DNA from: Escherichia coli
GTDB taxonomy: Bacteria > Pseudomonadota > Gammaproteobacteria > Enterobacterales > Enterobacteriaceae
Reading direction: 5' to 3' (one strand)
NCBI RefSeq assembly: GCF_001677475.2
Contig: NZ_CP015229.1
DNA: 64,000 nucleotides
Part shown: positions 38,080 to 51,000 of the stretch, one piece after another
Layout of the letters: every line of letters starts with the position of its first letter
Numbering within the stretch: position 1 is the stretch's first letter
The notes under the pieces: model-generated
What the model was told of the DNA's origin: nothing
The model's input: only the letters and a program-made list of their open reading frames with translations
The model's database searches: none
Made by a program: the position numbers and the translations under genes

Positions 38080-38388
38080 TTTGTTCATCTCTTTATTTCA
38101 GGTAATAGCAGGTCCTCAATTTCTCAAAGGAGAAATTGATCACGCCGGAAAAAAAGCAAAACCCACCGCTGATAAATAAATCAGTAGTTTGCTTTTTGCA
38201 GATGCAATAACCCAGACCAGCCCGGTAACTGGCTATACTCGTCATACTTCAAGTTGCATGTGCTGCGACTCGAATTATTTAGAGTTTAAAAGGGTTAGCA
38301 GTATATGAGCACCGAGGGATACAGGTATTAACCTGTAATGCTTAAAGTCAGGGAGACCTGTACGCTGAGGTGCCCTTTAGTCAGAAGA

Positions 38389-38493
38389 CTAGCGGGCATT
38401 AAAGAAATGAAAGTCAAAACTATTACGATGTGCAAACTTCATGATATGGGTTGTCCGCCTTATATGAGGCATTAAGCGGTTATTATTTTCCAT
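38389..38493 (-). CDS. speFL: speF leader peptide SpeFL (ornithine-sensing arrest peptide)
   Basis: 34-codon ORF MENNNRLMPHIRRTTHIMKFAHRNSFDFHFFNAR about 300 nt upstream of speF; matches the recalled SpeFL sequence at all but two positions. Confidence 0.7.
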   Translation of the reverse strand: MENNNRLMPHIRRTTHIMKFAHRNSFDFHFFNAR

Positions 38494-38767
38494 TTACCTT
38501 TACCTTTTTCTGTGTCAGTTGAAGGTAGAGTTATTCTATCCATGAAATGGCTATAATCTGTGAAGAAGATCAACAAAAAACGATCATATCCCAAATAATA
38601 AATCATTAATGATGAATAGCGCCATATTAGATGCTGTTTTGTTGTTTAAATGTTGCAATTTTGTGGGTTGTATTTTCATTAAGAAATTAAACCTGCCAAA
38701 TAATAATTTTCGGGGCAGGTTTAATAATAAATTAATAATTATTTAAGCGTATTTATTGAATAATAAT

Positions 38768-39445
38768 TCATGGCATAAACCGATACCCAATACCGGTTTC
38801 AGTAATAAAATGGCGGGGGCGGGCGGGATCTTGCTCCAGTTTTTGTCGCAGATGCCCCATATAAATACGCAAATAATGACTGTGTTCGACCGCGTTTGGC
38901 CCCCACACCTGGTTAAGGAGCTGGCGCTGGGTGAGCACTTTTCCCGCATTATTAAGCAACACTGCCAGCAGGCGGAACTCAATCGGGGTAAGATGCACCT
39001 CTTCCTCGCCCCGATGGATCACACGAGCTGCTAAATCGACGGTAACATCGGAAAATTTCACCAGCGGATCGGGCGCGGTGGTGGCAGAGTGGCGGCGTAA
39101 AGCGACGCGCAGACGGGCCTGCAATTCGCCAATGCCAAATGGTTTACTCAGGTAATCATCCGCTCCGGCATCCAGCGCGGCGATTTTGTCGCTCTCTTCG
39201 CTACGTGCGGAAAGCACAATCACCGGCACTGCGCTCCACTGGCGCAGGTCGCGGATAAACTCAATCCCATCACCGTCGGGCAGGCCGAGATCGAGAATAA
39301 TCAAATCTGGCTTACGGGTTGCCGCTTCCAGCAAGCCGCGTTGCAGCGTTTCGGCCTCAAAGACGCGCATACCGTCGCCCTCCAGCGCCGTGCGCAGAAA
39401 GCGACGAATAGCCTGTTCATCTTCAACAATCAGAACGTTTGTCAC
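38768..39445 (-). CDS. kdpE: Response regulator KdpE (OmpR family)
   Basis: 225 aa, receiver domain plus winged-helix; overlaps kdpD stop. Confidence 0.9.
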   Translation of the reverse strand: MTNVLIVEDEQAIRRFLRTALEGDGMRVFEAETLQRGLLEAATRKPDLIILDLGLPDGDGIEFIRDLRQWSAVPVIVLSARSEESDKIAALDAGADDYLSKPFGIGELQARLRVALRRHSATTAPDPLVKFSDVTVDLAARVIHRGEEEVHLTPIEFRLLAVLLNNAGKVLTQRQLLNQVWGPNAVEHSHYLRIYMGHLRQKLEQDPARPRHFITETGIGYRFMP

Positions 39446-42126
39446 ATATCCTCATGAAATTCTTCAAGTTCAGGAGCTGTTTGCTGGGGAAGTGTAACAC
39501 GAAAACAGGCACCACCTTCCGGTCGGTTGAATGCGGTAATGGTGCCGCCGTGTACATCCACTATCGCCCGACAAATTGCCAACCCAAGCCCTACACCCGG
39601 TACCGCCGACTCTTTATTCCCGCGAGCAAACTTATCAAATATCGTCTGCTCCTGGCCTGGTGGAAGACCGGGGCCATTATCCCAGACATCCAGTTGTAGA
39701 TTTTCGCCCTCAACGTGGGCATCGATACCAATTTCGGCCTGCGCACCCGCGTATTTCACCGCGTTCTCCAGCAGATTAATCAGCACCCGTTCAAACAGTG
39801 GCCCGTCAACGTGGATTAAGGTCAGCGGTTCTGGCAGAGAAAGATTGATGGGCGACGATAAACCCGGTTCCAGCATTTGCAGCGCGCTGCCGACCACTTC
39901 TTCCAGCGTTAACCACTCTTTCTTCAAATTAAAGCCGCCGGACTGAATTCGCGCCATATCCAGTAGATTATTCACCAGTCGGGTCGTGTTCAGCACATGC
40001 TGACGAATCTCGCTGGCCTGGCGGGCGTGGGGCGATCCTTCGCTTGCCAGATCGAGCGTTAAGATTTCTGCCTGACCGAATAACACCGTGAGCGGAGTGC
40101 GTAAATCATGCGAAAGTGCCGCCAGCAGGGCGTTGCGGATCTGTTCACGTTCGCTTGCCATCCGCGCCTGTTCTTCGCTGGCGGTCAGTGTCAGCCGCTC
40201 AAGGGCATTGGCGACTAACAGCGTAAACGTCTCCAGCAGGCGCTGCTGTTCCGGGATCATCAACTGGCGCAGATTCCCCGGTTCCACCACCACCAGTCCG
40301 TAGGTTTTCTCGCCGCTTTTTAGCGGCAAAATCTGGTACGGTACACCGGGTAACGTGTCGGTGCCCGCGCCCGCAGGCAGGCCTTTATCAAAACTCCACT
40401 GCGCGATGGCATCGTCCCACGGCGTCATTCCTTGCGGATGTGTTAAAGGCTGCAATTTACCGTTGTCATCAGGCAGCAACACCTGGCTACGGGCATGAAA
40501 CGTGGAGGCAATAAACTGTTCGCTGGTGGCGGCGATATCCTGCGAACTACGGCCCACAGCCAGAGCTTTCGACATTTCATATAAGTGCCGTGTGCGTTGT
40601 TCGCGGTAACGGGCTACCCGCGCCTGATAACGCACGCCAGCAGTAAGGTTCCCGATCACCAGCCCGACGGTTAACATCACCGCGAAGGTCAGCAGATATT
40701 GCACATCAGAGACGGCGAGCGTGCCGCGTGGGGCGATAAAAAAGAGATCGAAACTCACCACATTAATGACGGTGGCAACCACCGAAGGCCAGCGTCCGTA
40801 AAATAGTGCCACCACCACGACGCCAAGCAGATACAGCATCACCAGGTTGGCGGCATCAAACGCCATCAGCCACTGCATGGCAATTAAGGTGATAACGGCG
40901 CATAACGCGGCGGCAACCACGCATCCCTGAATCTGTACCCGCCACTTGTCTTTAAAAGAGCGGCTATCCGGCGCGTTGTTAAGCGTGCGGGCGGGTGGTT
41001 CATCAAGCGCGACCAGCACCTGATCGAGATCGGGGGCGATGCGCGCCAGCCGGTCAGCAAACGTTTCCCGACGCCACCAGCGGCGCGAGGCTGGGCGACC
41101 GAGAATAATCTTGCCGAGATTATGTTCACGGGCATAACGCACTACCGCTTTCTCTTCCGCTGGATCAGAAAGTGTTGCCGTCTCTGCGCCCAGTTCCTGC
41201 GCCAGACGTAAGGCGCTGAGAATTGCCCGACGTTTTTTCTCCGGTAAACGGTGCAAGGCAGGGGTTTCAACATACACCGCGTGCCAGACGCTCCCCAGCC
41301 GTGACGCCAGCCGCGCCGCTGCGCGGACCAGTTTTTCGCTGCCCGTGTTATGCCCGATGCATAAAAGGATCGCGTCGCGCGTGTGCCAGACTTTCTCTTC
41401 GCCAGGATGCCCCCGCCAGGCGCGCATTTGCTCATCTACGCGATCGGCAGTACGGCGCAGTGCCAGTTCGCGCAGGGCGATCAGATTGCCTTTGCGGAAA
41501 AAATGTTCAATGGCGCGCTCCGCCTGCCCGGTAATATAGACTTTGCCTTCTTTCAGTCGCTGGCGCAGATCGTCCGGGGGCAAGTCCACCAGTACTACGT
41601 CGTCGGCGGCATCAAAAAAAGGATCGGGCACGGTTTCCCGTACCTGAATTCCGGTGACGCCGCTGACCACATCATTCAGACTTTCCAGATGCTGAACGTT
41701 GACGGTTGTGAAAACATCAATGCCAGCTTCCAGCAGTTCTTCGATATCCTGCCAGCGTTTAGGATGACGAGAACCTGGCGCATTACTGTGCGCCAGTTCG
41801 TCCATTAAGATCAGCGCCGGACGGCGGGCGAGGGCGGCATCGAGATCAAACTTGCTGATATGCCGCCCACGGTACGCCTGGCGTTTCAGCGGCAGAACAG
41901 CCAGCCCTTCCAGCATGGCGGCGGTATCTTTCCGACCATGGGTTTCTACCACGCCAACCACAATATCCAGCCCTTGTGCCCGCAGTCGCTGGGCTTCTGC
42001 CAGCATCGCCCAGGTCTTCCCGACGCCTGCACAGGCACCGAAAAAAACTTTCAGCTTCCCCCGATGCGGCGCGGCAGTTTGTTCCAGCAGACGATCGGGG
42101 TCGGGACGTAAGGGTTCGTTATTCAT
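39442..42126 (-). CDS. kdpD: Sensor histidine kinase KdpD
   Basis: 894 aa from [14 protein letters not shown]; Usp-like N-terminus, four TM helices, HisKA/HATPase C-terminus. Confidence 0.9.
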   Translation of the reverse strand: MNNEPLRPDPDRLLEQTAAPHRGKLKVFFGACAGVGKTWAMLAEAQRLRAQGLDIVVGVVETHGRKDTAAMLEGLAVLPLKRQAYRGRHISKFDLDAALARRPALILMDELAHSNAPGSRHPKRWQDIEELLEAGIDVFTTVNVQHLESLNDVVSGVTGIQVRETVPDPFFDAADDVVLVDLPPDDLRQRLKEGKVYITGQAERAIEHFFRKGNLIALRELALRRTADRVDEQMRAWRGHPGEEKVWHTRDAILLCIGHNTGSEKLVRAAARLASRLGSVWHAVYVETPALHRLPEKKRRAILSALRLAQELGAETATLSDPAEEKAVVRYAREHNLGKIILGRPASRRWWRRETFADRLARIAPDLDQVLVALDEPPARTLNNAPDSRSFKDKWRVQIQGCVVAAALCAVITLIAMQWLMAFDAANLVMLYLLGVVVVALFYGRWPSVVATVINVVSFDLFFIAPRGTLAVSDVQYLLTFAVMLTVGLVIGNLTAGVRYQARVARYREQRTRHLYEMSKALAVGRSSQDIAATSEQFIASTFHARSQVLLPDDNGKLQPLTHPQGMTPWDDAIAQWSFDKGLPAGAGTDTLPGVPYQILPLKSGEKTYGLVVVEPGNLRQLMIPEQQRLLETFTLLVANALERLTLTASEEQARMASEREQIRNALLAALSHDLRTPLTVLFGQAEILTLDLASEGSPHARQASEIRQHVLNTTRLVNNLLDMARIQSGGFNLKKEWLTLEEVVGSALQMLEPGLSSPINLSLPEPLTLIHVDGPLFERVLINLLENAVKYAGAQAEIGIDAHVEGENLQLDVWDNGPGLPPGQEQTIFDKFARGNKESAVPGVGLGLAICRAIVDVHGGTITAFNRPEGGACFRVTLPQQTAPELEEFHEDM

Positions 42127-42691
42127 CAAGCTTATCCAGCGCCAGATTGAGTTCGACAATGTTGACGACCGGCTGGCCGATATATTTCACCAGCGGTTGT
42201 TGGCTGTATTTTGCGATCAGTTGCGTGAGTTGTTCAACGCTGAGATTACGCGCTTTCGCCACGCGTGGGATCTGCCAGGCTGCCGCTTGCGGGGTGATGT
42301 TATTGTCCAGCCCGCTTGCCGATGCCGTCACCAGTTCAACCGGAACGCTCGCGCTGGCATCCGGGTTAGCGGCCCGTAATGCAGCAACGCGTGCGGCTAT
42401 TAGTTTATCCAGCTCAGGGTTACTGACCGCCAGATTGCTCCCGCCAGAAGCCTGTGGATTATAGGGTATTTCTGCCGTTGCCGACGGGCGACCATGAAAA
42501 TAGCCGTTGCCGGTAAAATTCTGCCCGATTAATGCTGAACCCCGCACCGTATCACCTTCACGAATCAACGAACCGTTGGCCTGCCAGGGAAACCACCATT
42601 GCCCCAGCGCGGTGGTCAGCAGCGGGTAAACGCCGCCAGTAATCAATAACAGAAAGATAAATGTTGATAATGCCGGACGTAATCCACTCAT
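42119..42691 (-). CDS. kdpC: K+-transporting ATPase subunit C
   Basis: 190 aa from MSGLRPAL. Confidence 0.9.
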   Translation of the reverse strand: MSGLRPALSTFIFLLLITGGVYPLLTTALGQWWFPWQANGSLIREGDTVRGSALIGQNFTGNGYFHGRPSATAEIPYNPQASGGSNLAVSNPELDKLIAARVAALRAANPDASASVPVELVTASASGLDNNITPQAAAWQIPRVAKARNLSVEQLTQLIAKYSQQPLVKYIGQPVVNIVELNLALDKLDE

Positions 42692-42699
42692 GGTAAACC

Positions 42700-44748
42700 T
42701 CACACCAGACCGCAAACGGTCAGCAGTAAATCAATGACTTTGATACCAATAAACGGCACCAGCAGCCCACCCAGACCGTAAATCCATAAGTTACGGCGCA
42801 ACATGGCAGAAGCGGTAAGCGGTTTATAACTCACGCCTTTTAACGCCAGGGGAATCAAAAAGACGATAATCAAGGCGTTGAAAATGACCGCACTGAGAAT
42901 GGCGGAGTCGGGCGAATGCAGGCGCATGATGTTCAGCGCATTTAACTGTGGATACGTTGCCGCGAATGCCGCCGGAATAATGGCGAAGTATTTCGCCACA
43001 TCGTTGGCAATGCTGAAGGTGGTCAGCGAGCCACGGGTCATCAGCATCTGTTTGCCAATGTGCACCACCTCGATCAACTTGGTCGGGTTAGAGTCGAGAT
43101 CCACCATATTGCCCGCTTCTTTCGCCGCCTGAGTACCGGAGTTCATCGCTACCGCGACATCTGCCTGCGCCAGCGCCGGAGCATCGTTGGTGCCATCGCC
43201 GGTCATCGCCACTAAACGGCCTTCCGCCTGATACTGACGAATCAATGCCAGCTTGGCCTCCGGTGTCGCTTCGGCGAGAAAATCATCGACACCCGCTTCC
43301 GCAGCAATCGCGGCGGCAGTCAGACGGTTATCGCCGGTAATCATCACCGTTTTAATGCCCATTTTACGCAACTGCGCGAAGCGTTCTTTAATGCCGCCTT
43401 TGACGATATCTTTCAGCGCAATAACGCCCAGCACACGGGAACCTTCCACCACCACCAGCGGCGTGGCTCCCTGACGCGCAATCTGATCGACTTTTTGATC
43501 AACATCGGCTGGGAAGTGACCACCATTAGCCTCAACATGGCGGCGAATGGCATCGACAGAACCTTTACGGATCATGCGGTTGTCGATGTTGATCCCGCTC
43601 ATCCGGCTTTGCGCAGTAAACGGTACAAAGGTGGCATGGAGCGACTGCACATCGCGCTCGCGCAGGTTAAAACGCTGCTTGGCGAGGATCACAATACTGC
43701 GGCCTTCCGGCGTTTCATCAGCCAGCGAAGCCAGTTGTGCGGCGTCAGCCAGCGTTTTTTCATCCACGCCCTGCGCGGGGATAAACTCCGACGCCTGACG
43801 GTTACCGAGTGTGATGGTGCCGGTTTTATCCAGTAGCAGAACGTCAACGTCACCTGCCGCTTCAACTGCACGTCCGCTGGTGGCAATCACATTCGCGCCC
43901 AGCATCCGACTCATCCCGGCGACGCCGATCGCTGACAACAGGCCGCCAATAGTGGTTGGGATCAGACAGACCAGCAGCGCCACCAGTACCGTTACACTCA
44001 CTGCATTACCGCCCCACGCGGAAAACGGCCACAGCGTGGCGGTTGCCAGTAAAAAGACGATAGTCAGGGCAATCAGGAGAATGGTCAGGGCAATCTCGTT
44101 CGGCGTTTTGCGTCGCTGTGCGCCTTCCACCATCGCGATCATCCTATCCAGAAATGTCTCGCCGGGGTTAACGCTGCACTCAATCACCAGCCAGTCAGAA
44201 AGAATACGCGTGCCGCCAGTGACGGAGGCAAAATCGCCGCCGGATTCACGGATCACCGGTGCCGATTCCCCGGTGATGGCGCTTTCATCGACCGATGCCC
44301 CCCCTTCAATAACTTCACCATCGCAGGGGATAATATCGCCAGCTTCTACCAGTACGATATCGCCTTTACGCAGTTGATCGGCAGGTACTTTGTCCGCCGC
44401 AGCGCCATATTTCGGCTCACGCAGCTTGCGGGCAAAGGCAGTTTTTTTCACCCCTTTCAGACTGTTGGCCTGCGCTTTACTGCGGCCTTCTGCCAGCGCC
44501 TCGGCGAAATTAGCGAACAGTACGGTGACCCACAGCCAGCCGCTAATTGCCGCGCTAAACAGCGCATTGCCAGGCATCGCACCGCTTGCCATCGCGATGC
44601 TAATACAGGTGGTCAGCAGACTGCCGATCCAGACGATAAACATCACCGGATTGCGCCATTGCGCCTGCGGGTTTAATTTTTTCACCGCTTCTTTCAGCGC
44701 CTGAACGACAAGTGTTGGTTCGAATAGCGCCAGTTGTTTACGACTCAT
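42700..44748 (-). CDS. kdpB: K+-transporting P-type ATPase subunit B
   Basis: 682 aa with DKTGT phosphorylation motif and TGDN/GDGTND motifs. Confidence 0.95.
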   Translation of the reverse strand: MSRKQLALFEPTLVVQALKEAVKKLNPQAQWRNPVMFIVWIGSLLTTCISIAMASGAMPGNALFSAAISGWLWVTVLFANFAEALAEGRSKAQANSLKGVKKTAFARKLREPKYGAAADKVPADQLRKGDIVLVEAGDIIPCDGEVIEGGASVDESAITGESAPVIRESGGDFASVTGGTRILSDWLVIECSVNPGETFLDRMIAMVEGAQRRKTPNEIALTILLIALTIVFLLATATLWPFSAWGGNAVSVTVLVALLVCLIPTTIGGLLSAIGVAGMSRMLGANVIATSGRAVEAAGDVDVLLLDKTGTITLGNRQASEFIPAQGVDEKTLADAAQLASLADETPEGRSIVILAKQRFNLRERDVQSLHATFVPFTAQSRMSGINIDNRMIRKGSVDAIRRHVEANGGHFPADVDQKVDQIARQGATPLVVVEGSRVLGVIALKDIVKGGIKERFAQLRKMGIKTVMITGDNRLTAAAIAAEAGVDDFLAEATPEAKLALIRQYQAEGRLVAMTGDGTNDAPALAQADVAVAMNSGTQAAKEAGNMVDLDSNPTKLIEVVHIGKQMLMTRGSLTTFSIANDVAKYFAIIPAAFAATYPQLNALNIMRLHSPDSAILSAVIFNALIIVFLIPLALKGVSYKPLTASAMLRRNLWIYGLGGLLVPFIGIKVIDLLLTVCGLV

Positions 44749-44770
44749 ATTCAGTGCTCACTCAATATCA

Positions 44771-46444
44771 TCAGGAGAGATATTCCGCCACCGGACCAAG
44801 CGCCAGGGCAGGGATAAAGGTCAGTGCGCCAACCAGCAATACGGTGCCGATTAACAGGCCAACAAACAGCGGGCCGTGCGTTGGCAGCGTGCCGGAGCTG
44901 GCGGGTTGGCTCTTTTTACTCACCAGCGAACCGGCAATTGCCATCACCGGGATAATCACCCCGAAGCGACCGACAAACATGCAGAACGCCAGTAAACAGT
45001 TCCAGAACGGAGAGTTGGCGCTTAATCCGGCAAAGGCGCTGCCGTTGTTGTTAGCGGCGGACGACACGGCGTACAGCACTTCGCTAAAACCATGCGGGCC
45101 AGGGTTGAGCATGGCGCTACGTCCGGCGTCGGTCATCATTGCCAGCGCCGCGCCCATCAGCACCAGCGTCGGGGTGACCAGAATCGCCAGCGCGGTCAAT
45201 TTCATCTCGCGTACGTCGATTTTTTTACCCAGATATTCCGGTGTACGACCAATCATCAGCCCGGCAATAAACACCGCCAGCAGGACGAACAGCATCATGC
45301 CGTAAAGACCAGAACCGACACCGCCGAATACCACTTCACCAATTTGCATCAGCCACATCGGCACCATGCCACCAAGAGCGGTAAACGAATCATGCATCGC
45401 AATCACCGCGCCGCAGGAAGCCGCCGTAGTCACGACCGCAAACAGGCTACTGACCAGCACGCCGAAACGACTCTCTTTACCTTCCATATTGATGCTGCTG
45501 TCCGCGCCCAGTGCCAGCAGATGCGGATTACCCTGAACTTCTGCCCACATCACCACGCCTGTGCAGATGATAAAAATCACTGACATCGCCCACAGCAACA
45601 TGCGCCCCTGGCGGCGATCGCCCGCCACTTCACCAAAGGCAAAGCACAGCGCTGTTGGGATCAAGAAGATCGCCAGCATCTGCACGAAGTTGGTCAGTGC
45701 GGTTGGGTTTTCAAACGGATGCGACGAGTTGGCATTAAAGAAGCCACCACCGTTAGTGCCGAGCATCTTGATCGCTTCCTGAGAAGCCACCGGACCCATT
45801 GGTAACAGCTGTTTCGCTCCTTCAACGGTATTCACCGCCTGATAGGGCAGAAAGTTTTGCAGTGCACCTTGTTGAATAAAAAACAGTGCGATCAACAACG
45901 CCACAGGGACTAGCACCCATAACGTGATGCGTAGCAGATCGACCCAGGCATTCCCGAGTGTGCTCATGCTCTGGCGGGTAAATGCACGGATGAGGGCAAA
46001 AATCACCGCAATCCCGCTGGCGGCAGAAAGAAAGTTTTGCACCGTTAAGCCCGCCATCTGGCTGAAATAGCTCAACGTGGTTTCACCGCTGTAAGATTGC
46101 CAGTTGGTATTCGTGACAAAGCTGACGGCGGTATTCAGCGCCAGATCCCATGACAGTCCCGGCAACTGCTGCGGATTAAGCGGCAGATAGTGCTGACCGA
46201 GCAACATAAAAAACAGCACCGCCAGCCCCAGCATATTCAGGCCAAGAATGGCTGAGAGATACTGCTTCCAGTTCATCTCGCGGTCAGAGACGCCAAGCGC
46301 GCTAAAGAGTACGCGTTCAACGCCCGTCGTACCAGGAAGAGGAATATCATTAATCAGCCGCGCCAGCCCGCTGCCTAAAGGACGTGCCAGTACCATTAAC
46401 ACCAGTAAAAACGTGGCGATCAGTAAGAACCCTTGCGCAGCCAT
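44771..46444 (-). CDS. kdpA: K+-transporting ATPase subunit A
   Basis: 557 aa from [14 protein letters not shown]; start overlaps kdpF stop (ATGA). Confidence 0.9.
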   Translation of the reverse strand: MAAQGFLLIATFLLVLMVLARPLGSGLARLINDIPLPGTTGVERVLFSALGVSDREMNWKQYLSAILGLNMLGLAVLFFMLLGQHYLPLNPQQLPGLSWDLALNTAVSFVTNTNWQSYSGETTLSYFSQMAGLTVQNFLSAASGIAVIFALIRAFTRQSMSTLGNAWVDLLRITLWVLVPVALLIALFFIQQGALQNFLPYQAVNTVEGAKQLLPMGPVASQEAIKMLGTNGGGFFNANSSHPFENPTALTNFVQMLAIFLIPTALCFAFGEVAGDRRQGRMLLWAMSVIFIICTGVVMWAEVQGNPHLLALGADSSINMEGKESRFGVLVSSLFAVVTTAASCGAVIAMHDSFTALGGMVPMWLMQIGEVVFGGVGSGLYGMMLFVLLAVFIAGLMIGRTPEYLGKKIDVREMKLTALAILVTPTLVLMGAALAMMTDAGRSAMLNPGPHGFSEVLYAVSSAANNNGSAFAGLSANSPFWNCLLAFCMFVGRFGVIIPVMAIAGSLVSKKSQPASSGTLPTHGPLFVGLLIGTVLLVGALTFIPALALGPVAEYLS

Positions 46445-46533
46445 CAGAACGCCTCCGCATTGATCAGGGCATAAACCAGATAACCCAGTAATAAAAACAC
46501 CAGCAACACGCCGGCTATCACGCCTGCACTCAC
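46444..46533 (-). CDS. kdpF: K+-transporting ATPase subunit F (29 aa)
   Basis: GTG-initiated [28 protein letters not shown]; single TM helix; stop overlaps kdpA start. Confidence 0.75.
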   Translation of the reverse strand: MSAGVIAGVLLVFLLLGYLVYALINAEAF

Positions 46534-46599
46534 AGTGCACCTCCAGTGGCCTAAAAGTGATACCGGAAGGGTAGAATTCTGGCTGCAAAGATTTCGCAA

Positions 46600-46640
46600 A
46601 AATCTTCGGGCGGGATGTAAAAAAAGTATAAAAATGGCAA
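46600..46640 (-). promoter_or_regulatory. kdpFABC promoter with KdpE-binding T-rich box
   Basis: Minus-strand CATTTTTATACTTTTTTTACATCCCGCCCG resembles the known KdpE operator upstream of kdpF. Confidence 0.5.
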
Positions 46641-46845
46641 AAGCCATGATTTAACTGATGGTTAGTATTAATTTAACTTTTGTGTAACTTAATTACAGTG
46701 TGAATGTAAATAAACCATCAATAAGCAAAAATAAGTGGTCGGATGAGTAGTAAAATTACACAAAAGGCGGTACTATTTTCATCAGATAAACAAATTCATT
46801 TTTCCGGTGCCATTCACCGGGTAGATACAAAAGGGGGAGAAAAGT

Positions 46846-47052
46846 ATGGAACTCTACAGAGAATATCCTGCATGGCTTATCTTTTTACGCCGTACTTATG
46901 CGGTTGTAGCGGGCGTCCTGGCGCTGCCTTTCATGCTTTTCTGGAAAGACCGCGCCCGCTTTTACAGCTACCTGCATCGCGTCTGGTCGAAAACCAGCGA
47001 TAAACCGGTGTGGATGGATCAGGCCGAAAAGGCAACTGGTGATTTTTACTGA
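46846..47052 (+). CDS. ybfA: DUF2517 small protein YbfA
   Basis: 68 aa [20 protein letters not shown]... Confidence 0.8.
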   Translation: MELYREYPAWLIFLRRTYAVVAGVLALPFMLFWKDRARFYSYLHRVWSKTSDKPVWMDQAEKATGDFY

Positions 47053-48054
47053 TTGCCTGCGCGTTTAAGCCAGCCTCGTATCAGGGGGCTGGTTTAGGCG
47101 TTTTGAATCAACGGGTTCCATGGTGTTGTTCATTTAATCACTGTTTTAGTATCAATTTTCAATAGTATCCTTTCATAGGACTACTCTGGATGCGTTCACC
47201 TTCATTGTCGCTCTAAGCAACTAGATCCTCAGAAATCTCCAGTTAGGTTGCATCCTTCCTTACACACTTTCCTGAAACTTCAGGGTAAGGTGAGAAAGCC
47301 GCCATCACTTTTTCTTATTCCAGCATCTAAATAAATTCCGAATTTTGCTATTAATATCGCTACCGCAATAAAAACAGATAGTAAAGAGAGTAATATATAC
47401 TTTAGTGATATGTTAAGAATAATTGATTGTTAACATATCTAATGGGATAAGATGTGTTTCTGTTAATGAAAATATTCAAGATTTATAGTTGATAATTAAA
47501 ATACACTCGATATCTCAGCCCTTTCTATGCAAGATGCAATTTTATAAGCTGTCCATTTTTTATATGGAGGCGGTAGCGTGTTTGTTACTCGTGATTTTAT
47601 TGGTATGGTGAATATGTTGGGATTGTTAAATACATAACGGCATATCAGTTCCGGTCATTGTAAATATGGGTAATTGCTTAATGTTATTAGTGATTACCGT
47701 TTGAAAGATAAAGAGTGCTGTAAAGCGGTGATAGACATTACATTCATGATTAAAAAACAGAACCTGTCAATAAATAATTCATTTATTAAAAAGGACGACT
47801 TCTATTATGACGGAATATTATCTCAATGAGACGGTTTGCAAATACAGAGCCAGTTTCTCCGGGGTAACGAGCAGGTGTACCAGTGTCAGGTGGCATTTGT
47901 ATTGCCGGGTGAGCGGGTCATGATGGCCTTCACCTACGCCCGAACCACACCGCTGACCCCGGCAGATATGACGCGCTGGGCTGAAATTAAAAAGAATCTG
48001 CGCTTCAGGATGCGGCAGGAAGCCGGGACGAATTAATCACACAGGGAACGGGAC

Positions 48055-51000
48055 ATGGAAGAGGCATTCTGGGCGGCAAGGCAGGGTGATGCCCTGCTGC
48101 ATACGTCGTTTATGGCAGATGTGCTGGGGGCAGTTGTAGAGGTTGCCGCCACAGCCCTGGTGGATGTTCTGGTTGTCGGAACCATGGCGGCGCTGGGCGG
48201 AGTTGAAGTGGCAACGCTGGGCTGCTCAACCATTTTAGCGATCGGTATAGCAACAGCGGTATTTATGTCGTATCAGGGCTGGAATGACCGAATCAGTAGG
48301 GAAAGTGAGCAACTGGCGAACTGGCTTTTCCCGCCTCAGATTGAAGGTTACATCCTCACCGGCTCTGGCGACACATGGATCAACAGCAAACCTGCCGCGC
48401 GGGCCGCGGCGACTGCGGCATCGCGGCAGGACATTGAGGCGCAGGAGGCGCAGGCGAAGGCGGAACAGGAAGAAGCGCAGCGTCAGGAGGATGCCAGAAC
48501 GTTCCTGGATGTGGCCGGGGAATATCTGGAAATGGCGGGGGCCATAGCCCTGGCGGTTAACCCGGTGACAGGGCCTGTGCTGATGTCCCGGGCGCTGCAC
48601 GACCAGCTCAGTACGGAAGAAGGGCGTTCTGAAATGGTGGATGGCGTGACACATTTTGTGTCGGAACTATGGCAGCCCACCGTGGCCAGTGCGGCCCCGG
48701 GCTCCACCCCGACCCCTGACGATAAAATCGACTGCCATAAACATCCCTCCTCACTGACGCAGTTTCTCGCACAAAAAAAAGCCGCCTTTCTGGATGACCC
48801 CCTGGGAACGGCCCTTAACCTGCTGAGTCCGGGCGGTATGCTGGAAACCGCCTTTCAGGGAGTGAATGCGGTTATTGGCAGCATCAGTAATCTGTTCAAA
48901 GGCGATGATGAACCGCCCGCAGCGGAATATATCGCGGAAGGCGCGCGGGATGTGCGTATCAACAGCCAGCCGGCGGCACGCAGCGGGGCACGCTGCACCT
49001 GCGAGGCCAGGGTGGTGAATGAGCCGGGGAACGGGGCGTTTGTGTCACCGGATGTCCGCATTGGCGGTCCGTTACTGGTGGTCAGGGATATCAGAAGCGG
49101 CAGGTCGCAGATAACCCTGGTGGCAACCGTGGCGCTGATGTTTCTTCGCCCGGGCAAAATGCTTTCTAAAATCGCCTGTTTTGCTGCCAGTGTCGGGATG
49201 GGGGTGATGACGCAGAAGGCCATCAGTGCCCTTCCGCATCCGGTCAATGCCGCCACCGGAGCCAAATATCTGGCCGATGACGATGATTTTGACTTCAGTC
49301 TGCCGGGCCACTTTCCGCTGGACTGGCAGCGCGTGTACAGCAGTCGTGACGACCGCACGGAAGGGATGTTCGGGCAGGGCTGGAGTGTAATGTATGAAGT
49401 CAGCCTCGAGCGCACGCCGGGTACTGCTGACGAAAACTGTATGACCTTTGTGTCGGGCATGGGACGACGTCTGGATATGGAGGCCGTGCTGCCGGGGAGC
49501 GGGTTTTACAGCCCCGGCGAAGGACTGGCAGTACGGCGGGGTGAGCAGGGGCACTGGCTTATCAGCAGCGATGACGGGCAGTTTTTTCTGTTTGAGGCCG
49601 ACCCGCGTCACCCGCAGCGCCAGCGGCTGAAAATGCTGGGCGACCGCAACAGCAACTGTCTGAATCTGTACTACGACGAGCTGGGGCGCATCACGCAAAT
49701 CAGCGGTGAACAGCAGCGTCCGTGCATCCGTCTGCATTATGAACTGGCGGCGCATCCCCGGCGGGTGACACAGATTTATCAGCATTTCCCTGAGATGGCT
49801 CCTTTACTGCTGCGTCGTTACCGCTATGACGAGGCCGGCGACCTGAACGGCGTGTACGACAGCACGGGGCACCTGCTGCGCGAGTTTGCTTACGACGAAA
49901 ACCACTGCATGACCCTGCACCGCCAGCCGGGCGGCGAAGGGTATTATTACCAGTGGGGCTGGTATGAAGGCCCGGATGACGCAGCGTGGCGGGTGACGGG
50001 GCACCACACGGACAGCGGTGAACAGTACCGGCTGGCGTGGAGCCTGGCGGCACGCAGGCTGTGCGTGACGGACGGGCTGGGGCGCACGCGTTATCATCAG
50101 TGGGACGCGCAAAATCAGGTGACGGCGTACCAGGACGAAGCCGGGCAGGTGACGACGTTCCGCTGGAGCGACGAAGAACGGCTGTTACTGGGAATGACCG
50201 ATGCGCAGGGCGGCAAATGGCGCTATGTGTATGACCGGCAGGGGCATATCACGGAGACGCACGACCCGCTGGGGCGGGTGGCACAGACACAGTGGCACCC
50301 GGTGTGGCACCAGCCGGAAACGGAGGTGGACGCGGCGGGGAACAGCTGGTGCTGTGAGTACGATGAACGCGGCAATCTTCTTGCGGTGACCGACCCGCTG
50401 CAGCAGAACACCCGGTATCAGTATGACCGCCACGGCCAGGTGGTGCAGATAACGGATGCGCGCGGGGGGAATAAATACCTTCAGTGGAACGAAGACGGGC
50501 AGCTCATGCGGCACACGGACTGTTCCGGCTCGCAGACGGCCTGGTTCTACGACGAACGCACGCGGCTGATACGGATGACAGACGCGCAGAGCCACAGCAC
50601 GCGCTACGGGTATGACGACAGCGGCCACCTGACGGAGGTGATACTGGCGGACGGCCGCACGGTGAATTACCAGTCGGACGCGGCGGGCAGGCTGGTGAAG
50701 TACACCAGCCCGATGGGGAGGATAACGCGCTGGCAGCGGGACGGGCAGGGCCGGGTGCGCAGCCGGACAGACGCGACGGGGCGCAGGACGGCGTTCGGGT
50801 ACGATGCCTACGGGCGTCTGGTCACGCTCACGAACGAGAACGGAGAAAGCTACCGGTTCCGCCATGACGTGCTGGACCGTCTGGCGGAGCAGATAAATCC
50901 GGACGGCTGCCGCCAGACGTACCGCTACAACGCGCTGAACGCGGTCACGGAAGTGGTGTTCACCGGGGACCGGGGCGGTGAAATCCGCCACCGGCTGGCA

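Noticed and set aside
46743-47003. 86-aa ORF overlapping ybfA
   Set aside because: Alternative frame across the kdp/ybfA promoter region and ybfA; ybfA itself matches the recalled 68-aa protein
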